A stretch of 64,000 bases of DNA from Promethearchaeota archaeon (lineage in GTDB: Archaea; Asgardarchaeota; Lokiarchaeia; Sigyniarchaeales; SOKP01): assembly GCA_019058445.1 (NCBI GenBank), contig JAHPZA010000010.1, positions 480,001 through 544,000 on the forward strand, given 5' to 3'. Below, one piece after another: positions 19,085 through 27,477 of the stretch. Under the pieces are notes generated by a model, which did not search any database, was not told the DNA's origin, and worked only from the letters and a program-made list of their open reading frames with translations. A program made the translations under genes and the position numbers. Every line of letters begins with the position of its first letter. The stretch's first letter is position 1.

Positions 19085-20155
19085 TTGGTTGGATGTTGGA
19101 TTCTCTTTACAATTAAATTTTTTGAAAAAAGAAAAGAATATAATGAATATAATTCACAAAAAAATACATCATTCTTTCTCTTAGGTCCTTTAAGTGTGGG
19201 CCTATTTTATAACTTATGGGGTTATTTTACAGGATTATGGGGTGAAAATCTTTTCGAAAATACATTACCATTTTTATATATAAGCCTCTGGACTCTTATA
19301 TTTGCTTTTCCATACTTAATATACGGTTTATATACAATTCGAGCATGTTATACAAAATTTCATGTAGTATATCTCATAAAAACTAGATCTCTAAGTGCCC
19401 GCAAATTCGGAACATTTTATACGCTTTTACTTCTATTTGGAATTTTATTTTATATTGTATTTTTCAATATTATTCTGAATTATTTTTATATCATTGTAGA
19501 GCAAGTTTATTTCTATTTTGATATAATGCTCGTGGTAATATTTTTAACCTTAATTTATATATTCATAAGACACGGAATCTTTGGTTCAGCACGCTCTATG
19601 CCTGAGATTTCTCAAGATTATATAAACCGCCGAAGACAGCGCTTAAGAACAATGACCACTACTCCAGTTAGGGCTGCTCCAAGTAGACCTAAAACTACAA
19701 GAACCACATCACGACCAGCTCCAAGTAGACCTAAAACTACAAGAACCACATCACGACCAGCTTCAAATAGACCTAAAACTACAAAGACCGTTTCACGACC
19801 AGCTCCAAGTAAGCCAAAAACTACAAGAACAACAGCTCAAAAACCAAAAGTCGCTGCAAGTGCTGTCTTTGAGAAATATAAACCAAAAGCAGGAATTCTT
19901 TCATTAGAGGACTTTAAGTGTATATTTTGCTTTCAACTTCCTAAACTTCCTGCTGATACTCATCGTGGAATTGTTTTATGTCCAAATTGTAAACACCCAG
20001 CTCATGCGGATGAATTTAAAGAATGGACTCATGATTCTCCTCTCTGTTCTCGGTGTGATGCCCCAATTCCACCAAGTTTTAGGAGAAATCCCGTGATTAT
20101 CTCTGTCAAACAGTATGTTGATGTAATTAACGAGTATAAAAGAAGAAAGACATAG
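19085..20155 (+). CDS. Polytopic membrane protein with Ser/Thr/Arg/Pro repeat linker and C-terminal RING-like finger
   Basis: Several TM helices, (APSRPKTTRTTSRP)x4, then CIFC-x16-CPNC-x4-H-x2-E-x3-W-x6-CSRC. The frame is open upstream to 18959. Confidence 0.8.
   Translation: MVGCWILFTIKFFEKRKEYNEYNSQKNTSFFLLGPLSVGLFYNLWGYFTGLWGENLFENTLPFLYISLWTLIFAFPYLIYGLYTIRACYTKFHVVYLIKTRSLSARKFGTFYTLLLLFGILFYIVFFNIILNYFYIIVEQVYFYFDIMLVVIFLTLIYIFIRHGIFGSARSMPEISQDYINRRRQRLRTMTTTPVRAAPSRPKTTRTTSRPAPSRPKTTRTTSRPASNRPKTTKTVSRPAPSKPKTTRTTAQKPKVAASAVFEKYKPKAGILSLEDFKCIFCFQLPKLPADTHRGIVLCPNCKHPAHADEFKEWTHDSPLCSRCDAPIPPSFRRNPVIISVKQYVDVINEYKRRKT
19676..19834 (+). repeat. 42-bp intragenic tandem repeat, ~3.8 copies
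   Basis: Units start at 19676, 19718, 19760 and 19802 (GCTCCAAGTAGACCTAAAACTACAAGAACCACATCACGACCA); the first two are identical. Confidence 0.95.
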
Positions 20156-20185
20156 TATAACAGTATTTTTTTTTATGTTTTATAA

Positions 20186-20935
20186 TCATTTAAGTCTTAA
20201 TTTATTTAGATTTTTACGGGCTTTCGAATTATTTGGGTCAATTCTTAAGGCTTTTTTATAACAATTGATTGCTTCTTCTAAAAAATTTAATTTTTCCAGT
20301 GCATATCCTTTATTATTCCAAGCCATGGAATTCTCTGGTTCTATTTTTATAGTATTTTCAAAGCATTTCACGGTTTGTTCATATTGACTTAAATCTGCAT
20401 GTAATAGTCCTTTTTCAAATAGAGCATGTGAATTGTCAGGATTAATTTTTAAAGCTTCATTGTAAAAAAAAATCATCGTTTTCTGCCAGTCAGAATCTTC
20501 ATTTGTGCAATCCCACATCAGAACTTCAGCTGGATGTTTATCTTTCCACCATTCAACATAATGCTTACAAGAACAAAATAATTTGATTTCCTTAGCATCT
20601 TTTATCTCTATACCATTTTCAAAGTCAGTATCACAAATAAAGCAAGTTCCATCTGTACCTACTAGAGGCATGATATTATTATGCCAAGGTAACCGATAAT
20701 CCCCTTCAGAATAAATTCCATAAATGTACATAGGTCCTTGAGCGATTCTACACCTTGTGTACCAATTGGCGCAATAAGTATATCCAGAATTTATAATATG
20801 TACGTTTCTTATGGGGCAATAATTTTCAATCCAGGGTTCTTTACGTTCATCTTTATCTAATTTTCGTTTAAAAATGCAGGTTGCACAGCAATCTGAACCA
20901 CCATTTGGCATTGAATTAACCTTCTTGTACTGCAA
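20186..20935 (-). CDS. Cys-rich N-terminal domain plus C-terminal TPR repeats
   Basis: MPNGGSDCCATC start with several Cys pairs; TPR consensus AWNNKG.AL..L...EEAI.CY.KAL.IDP. Confidence 0.82.
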   Translation of the reverse strand: MQYKKVNSMPNGGSDCCATCIFKRKLDKDERKEPWIENYCPIRNVHIINSGYTYCANWYTRCRIAQGPMYIYGIYSEGDYRLPWHNNIMPLVGTDGTCFICDTDFENGIEIKDAKEIKLFCSCKHYVEWWKDKHPAEVLMWDCTNEDSDWQKTMIFFYNEALKINPDNSHALFEKGLLHADLSQYEQTVKCFENTIKIEPENSMAWNNKGYALEKLNFLEEAINCYKKALRIDPNNSKARKNLNKLRLK

Positions 20936-20956
20936 TTTTAAATTTGAAGTATTAAA

Positions 20957-21616
20957 TCATATTTGAGGAGGGAAAATAATAATATTCACAGCTAAAAATA
21001 TACCAAAACCAATCATAAATAATCCGCAGCCAATTAAGACATATTTATAGATATTTGGATTTAATGACTTCCCACCAAGATATACAAATATTGAAAGAGG
21101 AACATAAAATATAAAATCGCCTAATATATGGCCAAAATAAAACAGTAGCAAACCTATTGGATTTTCAAAGCTAATTCCAAAATTAATCATGAAACTTAAA
21201 CCGATAACAGCCCACCAAAAAGTCCAAAAAGGATTAGAAAGGCTTACGACAATACCCCCGATGAAGCTATTTCCCTTAAAACCTTTAATATCTGCTTCTT
21301 CAATTGATTGAAAATCAAACTTAAGCGGATTATTAATGGTATCTCTAATCACAAAACCTCCAAAGATAACTAACAATATACCTCCTACAACACCAATAAT
21401 TGTTAAAATTAAAAGGTCTCTTAAAAATAAAGAAGCACCTAATAACAATAGACATATCATTCCAAATTCTAAGGTAGCATGGCCCAAAATAATAAAAATT
21501 CCGGATAAATATCCTCTTTTTTGAACGGACTTGTAAATAGTAAATGTTAAAACTGGTCCAGGAGATAATGCTCCCGTTAATGCTATCAGAAAGGAAAAAA
21601 TAAAAATTTCAATCAT
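20957..21616 (-). CDS. LysE-family translocator
   Basis: GALSPGP, GH..LE, G..VSLSNP.W..WW; hydrophobic throughout. Confidence 0.88.
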   Translation of the reverse strand: MIEIFIFSFLIALTGALSPGPVLTFTIYKSVQKRGYLSGIFIILGHATLEFGMICLLLLGASLFLRDLLILTIIGVVGGILLVIFGGFVIRDTINNPLKFDFQSIEEADIKGFKGNSFIGGIVVSLSNPFWTFWWAVIGLSFMINFGISFENPIGLLLFYFGHILGDFIFYVPLSIFVYLGGKSLNPNIYKYVLIGCGLFMIGFGIFLAVNIIIFPPQI

Positions 21617-21768
21617 ATTAAAAAAGAGAGTTTTTATGCAAATAAATCTGAAATTTGATAAAAACTTTATATGTATAAATTCAAAATAAAAACAAATATA
21701 AGGTAAAATTAAGGTTAATTTCTTATAAGTCGGTTTAAGAAAATAATTAGACTATTATTTATAAAAAA

Positions 21769-22659
21769 ATGTCCGAAGAATCTCTTGATAATGATGATAA
21801 TTCCAAGTCGGAATTCGTATCGAGACTATACAATTGTCCGAAGTGCAGATTGATGCATACAGTAAAGCTCCCTAAAGATATCGCCCAAAATAAACCTGTT
21901 TTTCCTTTTCCATACGTATTTTTACATTCTTCTGAGGAAGGACTTGATGATATCCTTACTGTTCTTTATATTGATGTAGAACTTCATATACGTGCTGTTG
22001 AAGTTATGGAAGTTGACGAAACCAATATTTTTTCTGAAGATCTTACTAAACAAATTACTGAAAAGTTAATGGATAAGATTGTGAGCTTAGAAGAAGAAAA
22101 TTTACAGTTAAAAGACCTAATTCGCAAAATGGAGTTAGTTAAAGTAAGTGGATTAGAGGGAAAGAATCCAAGAGTTATGAGCATTCCGAAATTGGAATAT
22201 GAATCTGAGATAAAGGAAAAACCAATCACTTTGGAGCCTCAAATTCCAAAACTAAAGGAGATAAATGAAAAAAAGCCATTATTTGATTTACAGGAAATAC
22301 CCATGCCTGAGATTGAGTCTAAAGAACCCATGCCTGAGATTGAGTCTAAAGAACCCATACCCGAGATTAGATCTAAACAACCCATCCTAGAGTCTGAAGA
22401 CTTTTTCGATATAATTAAAGTGTATATTACATCTACGGTTGGACCAGGAGAAAAAAAACAGGATTTACGGGTAAAATTAAGTAATAAAGTCATTGATATT
22501 AAAGATACAATCGGAAAGATCTTTGGTTTAACACCCTCAAATTTCCATCTTTCCTCGGGAGGAATTACATTTGATGAACAGCTGCTCCTAAAGGATTATT
22601 ATATTGAAGAAGGAGACGAAATTCTTATTATTCCTTCAAGCACAGCAGGATTTTTTTAA
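21769..22659 (+). CDS. Zn-finger + coiled coil + repeat linker + C-terminal Ubl (ends -STAG-FF)
   Basis: N-terminal CPKC...H..PFPYVFLH; the C-terminal ~80 aa closely matches the Ubl at 15798 (TSTxGPGEK, IFGL.P..FHLSSGG, GDE.L.IP.STAG). Confidence 0.88.
   Translation: MSEESLDNDDNSKSEFVSRLYNCPKCRLMHTVKLPKDIAQNKPVFPFPYVFLHSSEEGLDDILTVLYIDVELHIRAVEVMEVDETNIFSEDLTKQITEKLMDKIVSLEEENLQLKDLIRKMELVKVSGLEGKNPRVMSIPKLEYESEIKEKPITLEPQIPKLKEINEKKPLFDLQEIPMPEIESKEPMPEIESKEPIPEIRSKQPILESEDFFDIIKVYITSTVGPGEKKQDLRVKLSNKVIDIKDTIGKIFGLTPSNFHLSSGGITFDEQLLLKDYYIEEGDEILIIPSSTAGFF
22300..22398 (+). repeat. 27-bp intragenic tandem repeat (PMPEIESKE)
   Basis: CCCATGCCTGAGATTGAGTCTAAAGAA identical at 22300 and 22327; degenerate copies at 22354 and 22381. 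Confidence 0.92.
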
Positions 22660-22680
22660 TTGGAGATAGAATAATTCAAA

Positions 22681-23541
22681 TTAAGGCTTTTCATGTCCAA
22701 AAATTACTTTTATTTGAGGAAATATTTTAACAAGACTAATAAGTTGCTCTATGGATTTTTGTGCTGAATCAATACTATAACATCCTAACCCCGGACCGAC
22801 GCAATTCTTAAATCCCAATTCAAGATCACATGCATCTCCAGTAAGAAGAGTGATTTGTTCCTTACCATTAACTAAATAGCTTACATGCCCTTGTGTATGT
22901 CCTGAAGTCGAAATTGCCCATAAGGAACCATCACCAAAAATATCGACAGATGGACCTACAGGTTTTTTATCTTTAATTGAAGTAAAATCTATCTCATAAA
23001 TGGTTTCAATACCTTTAAAATGGTCTTGAAAAAATCTTTTCCCTGAACAATGATACGGCTCATCTTTACCAACGATTATTTGAAGATTTTTAGGAAGGTT
23101 TTGAACACCTGCAACGTGATCAATATGTAAATGAGAAAGAAAAACTCCTTTTATCTCAATATTTCTTAATAGAAGCTGTGTTGCTATATCTTGTCCTTTA
23201 TCTTGATAACTTTTAAGAGGCCATAGCAGTTCGCGGCGTTTACCTTGAATATTGCCATATACATCAAATTGAAATGAACGATCCAATCCCGTATCGATTA
23301 AAAAGTTCCCATGAACACTGTGTTGAATTAGATGGCAATAAACAGGTATAGTTAATTCCTCTTCTTCTATATGTTTGGCATTTGGATGAGAAAGATTTAT
23401 CATCAATTTATTTGAAAAAGTTAATCTTCCCGTTTCAATGGTTTCTATTCTAATATCACTTGGATTTGCAAATACATCCTCCCAATCATTCTGAGATTGA
23501 ACTGGTAATTTAAAAAATTCTCTAATTGGCTGATGCATCAT
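22681..23541 (-). CDS. MBL-fold metallo-hydrolase, AHL-lactonase-like
   Basis: LIDTG, SHLHIDH, DIFGDGS, GHTQGH, GDA, GHE. Confidence 0.87.
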   Translation of the reverse strand: MMHQPIREFFKLPVQSQNDWEDVFANPSDIRIETIETGRLTFSNKLMINLSHPNAKHIEEEELTIPVYCHLIQHSVHGNFLIDTGLDRSFQFDVYGNIQGKRRELLWPLKSYQDKGQDIATQLLLRNIEIKGVFLSHLHIDHVAGVQNLPKNLQIIVGKDEPYHCSGKRFFQDHFKGIETIYEIDFTSIKDKKPVGPSVDIFGDGSLWAISTSGHTQGHVSYLVNGKEQITLLTGDACDLELGFKNCVGPGLGCYSIDSAQKSIEQLISLVKIFPQIKVIFGHEKP

Positions 23542-23655
23542 TATAATTTTCTCCTCTTTATGATTCCAAATTAAAAAATAAAAATTTAAGATATTTTATA
23601 GGATTAATGTTGCGCTCTATATAAAATTAGAAATATTTTGCGGAATTAAAGGTAT

Positions 23656-24918
23656 TTATTCCCTAATTTGTCCATTCCCATAAATTATATATTTTGTTGA
23701 AGTGAGTTGATTAATACCCATCGGACCTCTTGCGTGTAATTTCTGAGTTGAGATCCCGATTTCAGCGCCTAAACCAAATACTCCACCATCAGTTAATCTT
23801 GTTGCAGCATTAACATACACCGCTGCAGCATCCACTTCATATAAAAACTTTCTCGCGTCATCATAATTTTCTGTTAATATTGATTCTGTATGTTTGGAGT
23901 CGAATTTAGTAATTATTCCTATTGCCTCATCAATATCTTTTACTACCCTAATACATACTTTTAAAGATAAGTATTCAGCACTCCAATCTTCTTCAGTAGC
24001 GGGAATTACATTAGAAGCTAATTTTTGGGAAGTTTCACATCCCCTCACCTCAACGCCATTCTCTACCAACGCATTAACTATAAATGGTACGAATTTTTCC
24101 TTTTTTTTCTCATGAACTAAAATCTTATCTAACGCATTACAAACAGCTGGATAGGAACATTTAGAGTTAATAATTATCTTTTTGGCCATTTCAAAATCAG
24201 CGTCATGGTTTACGAAAATGCTTACGATTCCTATGCCCGTTTCTATAGTAGGGACTGTTGAATTTTGAATCACTCGCTGAATTAACGCTTCTCCTCCTCT
24301 TGGGATAATAACATCAATATAATCTTTAAGTTTTAACATTGCATCAACATATTCTCGACTAGTGTCTCTTATGATTTGGATGCAATTTTCTGGAAGCCCC
24401 TCGGAAACAGCCGCATCATGTATAATATCAGCTATTACTATGTTAGAATTAATTGCTTCACTTCCTCCTCTTAAAATAATGGCGTTTCCAGCTTTTAAGC
24501 ATAAGCCAGCTGCGTCGACAGTAACATTTGGTCTGGATTCGTATATAATTCCAATTACCCCTAGAGGTACTCTGATTTGGCCGATATCCATTCCGTTTGG
24601 TCTACGCCACATCGAAATAACTTCATTTATCGGATCTGGAAATGCAGCAATTTCCCTTAATCCATCGGCAATTTTATGGATTTTCTCAGAATTTAGCACT
24701 AAACGATCTACTTTTGCCTGTTCTAAATTGTTTTTCTTAGCATTTTCAAGATCGATTTTATTCCTTTCAATAATTTTTTCGACTTGTCTTTCTAATTCCT
24801 CAGCCATTTTTAGTAATGCTTTATTCTTTGAATCAGTGGAGGCGTTTTTCAGAATAAAAGCTGCATCTCTCGCTTTTTCTCCAAGTATCCGCATTTCTTC
24901 TTTTATCGTCATATTCAT
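23656..24918 (-). CDS. proA: Gamma-glutamyl phosphate reductase
   Basis: VPLGVIGIIYESRPNVT, LRGGSEA, IPRGG, CNAL, FGLGAEIGISTQKLHARGPMG. Confidence 0.97.
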   Translation of the reverse strand: MNMTIKEEMRILGEKARDAAFILKNASTDSKNKALLKMAEELERQVEKIIERNKIDLENAKKNNLEQAKVDRLVLNSEKIHKIADGLREIAAFPDPINEVISMWRRPNGMDIGQIRVPLGVIGIIYESRPNVTVDAAGLCLKAGNAIILRGGSEAINSNIVIADIIHDAAVSEGLPENCIQIIRDTSREYVDAMLKLKDYIDVIIPRGGEALIQRVIQNSTVPTIETGIGIVSIFVNHDADFEMAKKIIINSKCSYPAVCNALDKILVHEKKKEKFVPFIVNALVENGVEVRGCETSQKLASNVIPATEEDWSAEYLSLKVCIRVVKDIDEAIGIITKFDSKHTESILTENYDDARKFLYEVDAAAVYVNAATRLTDGGVFGLGAEIGISTQKLHARGPMGINQLTSTKYIIYGNGQIRE

Positions 24919-25150
24919 AATCTACTCATCGTAGAAGTTAGAGACTTAATATCTCGTATCTATAATCTTCTAAATAATTTTGCCTTAAATTAGTTTTAGT
25001 TTTTTAAATTTAAAACAGTGTTTTTAAAATAGTATGGATGCCTAAAGTTCTTTGTCGGAATAGGAACCGAATAGATGGTTGTAACCTGTAAATATTAAAA
25101 AAATAAACCCTAAGACTGTCTACCTTACCAATCGTCTTGATACGTCGTGA

Positions 25151-25885
25151 TTATAACTTTAGTTTAAACTCTTCTAAGTTATCTGGAGGCCATGCCTGAG
25201 GTGTTTTGTAATTTTTTACGTATCTGTGATCACAGATAGGAGCTCCATTCCCTAAAGTTTGTGTACGAGTAAAACCAAATCCTAAAACATTTGCTTCAGA
25301 AAAGTCTGATAAACATACAAAGGGAACGTATTTTTCTGCACTTAATCTTTTATAAACATTATGAATGCCACACTGTTGAAAATCAAACCCCCACTCGAAA
25401 GATTTACCATCTCCTTCCACAAAATCCATAATCCAATCATCGGGATAGTTACTCTTCTGCGATTTTTCGCTCATGCTTTTCACCACACCAATATATTCTT
25501 GTTCAAATGGATAATTACTCGGATCTTTGCCAATTTTTTCTAAATTCCTTGTTCTTATTTTATTGCGCTCATCACTAAACTCATAATGTAATTGCCCGAT
25601 CTCGCGAAGTGTGAATCCTTCTCTTTCTAAAATTCTGAAAATTGCTAGGTCAGACATAGCACCAATAAGGAGTATAGTCATGGGATTCTTTTGGCCTCCA
25701 ATGTAGGGAATTTCGGGAATTATCTTCTCAAATTCCGCTTTCATTTGATTGAGCATTCCATCGGTCTTCGCTTTATCAACTTTTTTCTTGAGTAAATTAC
25801 TCAGTATTGCTAATTGTTTTTCAAAATTTGTCATCAATTTTCTTTTTCTCTTAATATAATAATCCTTTATTAATTTTACAGACAT
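25151..25885 (-). CDS. L-2-amino-thiazoline-4-carboxylic acid hydrolase family protein
   Basis: PYIGG..NP, CG.....C..D, RTQTL..GAP.CD.R signature. Confidence 0.8.
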   Translation of the reverse strand: MSVKLIKDYYIKRKRKLMTNFEKQLAILSNLLKKKVDKAKTDGMLNQMKAEFEKIIPEIPYIGGQKNPMTILLIGAMSDLAIFRILEREGFTLREIGQLHYEFSDERNKIRTRNLEKIGKDPSNYPFEQEYIGVVKSMSEKSQKSNYPDDWIMDFVEGDGKSFEWGFDFQQCGIHNVYKRLSAEKYVPFVCLSDFSEANVLGFGFTRTQTLGNGAPICDHRYVKNYKTPQAWPPDNLEEFKLKL

Positions 25886-25972
25886 AACTTATTTCACCTA
25901 TTTAAAATAGTACTAACAAGTATTTATAACTTATATATTAATGTTAACTAGGTAAAAAGGACGAATTTTAAT

Positions 25973-26782
25973 TTATTTTTGAGCAACAAAATATGTACCT
26001 AATTCTTCCCCGTTTAGCAATCTTTTTAATAGATTTTCATTATTAAAAGATGTAATAATAGCAGGGATACCAACTATGGTGGCTTTCTTAACTGCTTGAA
26101 TTTTAGATTGCATGCCACCGAATGTAATATCTCCATCGATATCCTCAACAATTTTCTCTAACTCGTCTGAAATTTTATCAATCTGTCGAATAATTTTACC
26201 ATCATCATGAATTTTAGGGTTTTTATCGAAAAGACCTTCCACATCTGTCAATATGATTAATAGATCTACATATAATAAAATTGAAACTAAAGCTGAAAGC
26301 GTATCATTATCTCCGTAGCTCAACTCTTCAATAGCAACTGAATCATTTTCATTAATTATAGGCACTATACCTTTTTCAAGTAATACTTCTAATGTATTTC
26401 TCACGTTGGATTTCCTTGTAGAATCACGAGTATCATCCGCAGATAATAATATTTGTCCTATCTGTAATCCATGTTTATTGAATTCTTGTTGGTATAAACT
26501 CATCAAATGTATTTGGCCTACAGATGCTAAAGCTTGGAGTTTTTTATACTCTTTCGGTCGGGATTTAAGCCCTAGTTTTGCGAGTCCACAGCCTATTGCC
26601 CCACTGCTAACAATTATTACTGAATATCCATCGTGAATTAATTCAGCAACGTCTTTTACAAAAATCCGCACTTTATCTAAGTAAATCTCAGCAACGCCAT
26701 CTGTGATCATGTTTGTAGAAACTTTTATAACAATTTTTTTAATATTGGAAGGAAATGTTCTCATGAAAGGCGACCTATCCAT
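25973..26782 (-). CDS. proB: Glutamate 5-kinase (no PUA domain)
   Basis: IVIKV, VSSGAI, QALASVGQ, VPIINENDSV, GDND.LSA, LTDVEGL, GGM.SK. Confidence 0.95.
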   Translation of the reverse strand: MDRSPFMRTFPSNIKKIVIKVSTNMITDGVAEIYLDKVRIFVKDVAELIHDGYSVIIVSSGAIGCGLAKLGLKSRPKEYKKLQALASVGQIHLMSLYQQEFNKHGLQIGQILLSADDTRDSTRKSNVRNTLEVLLEKGIVPIINENDSVAIEELSYGDNDTLSALVSILLYVDLLIILTDVEGLFDKNPKIHDDGKIIRQIDKISDELEKIVEDIDGDITFGGMQSKIQAVKKATIVGIPAIITSFNNENLLKRLLNGEELGTYFVAQK

Positions 26783-26883
26783 ATAGTACAGAGAATATAA
26801 TTGAAATAAAATTCAATAAAATTTAGCTTTTTGTAAATGAATATATTTCCTATTATACATAAAAAATGAAAAAAATAATCTAA

Positions 26884-27351
26884 TTATGTAGGTACTAAAT
26901 TTAAGAACTGGGTTATAACCCATATAACTAAGACTAATACGATAATAACAGGGACCATGACGATTAGGAACATATATGCCCCTTTTACTACACTGCGATT
27001 CCAAGTTTTAACTCCATCTTTCCAATCATTCCGTGTTTGATCTTGCCATTTTTCCACTTCCTTTTTAATTTGTGCTGTTTGTGCTTCCCATTGCTCTTGA
27101 TTTTCAATTTGCATTTTTTGTATGTCACCTGTCCATTTTTTAACTTGGTTATTCCAGTTTTCCCCAATTTTGCTAAAGAATTTATTTACATTATCTTGAC
27201 TCTTTTCCCAATCCTCAACACTCTTTTTTGATTGTTCTTCTAATGATTTTTGAAAGTTTTCAAATCCGCCCTTAATACCTGAAACAAAATCATTCCATCC
27301 TTTTAAGAAAGGATTGTCTTTTTCCTGTTCTGGATCATTTTCATTACTCAT
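26884..27351 (-). CDS. Trp-periodic amphipathic helical protein with a single C-terminal TM anchor
   Basis: Polar helical body with recurrent Trp; hydrophobic stretch FLIVMVPVIIVLVLVIWVI near the C-terminus. Confidence 0.75.
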   Translation of the reverse strand: MSNENDPEQEKDNPFLKGWNDFVSGIKGGFENFQKSLEEQSKKSVEDWEKSQDNVNKFFSKIGENWNNQVKKWTGDIQKMQIENQEQWEAQTAQIKKEVEKWQDQTRNDWKDGVKTWNRSVVKGAYMFLIVMVPVIIVLVLVIWVITQFLNLVPT

Positions 27352-27477
27352 AATTACAAATATGTTTTTTCTACTATTTTTATTTAACTAAATTTTAAAT
27401 TAGAGTAATAATAAAATACAAGAATGATAAAATACAAGAATAAATTTAATATTTATAAATAAATTAATGAGAATAAT

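Noticed and set aside
19676-19834. Direct repeats as a possible CRISPR array
   Set aside because: Head-to-tail, in-frame, no unique spacers and no cas genes; a coding tandem repeat.
24960-25150. Riboswitch upstream of proA
   Set aside because: Only short hairpins (AAGAC/GTCTT, TCGG/CCGA) and a T-run; no recognisable aptamer consensus.
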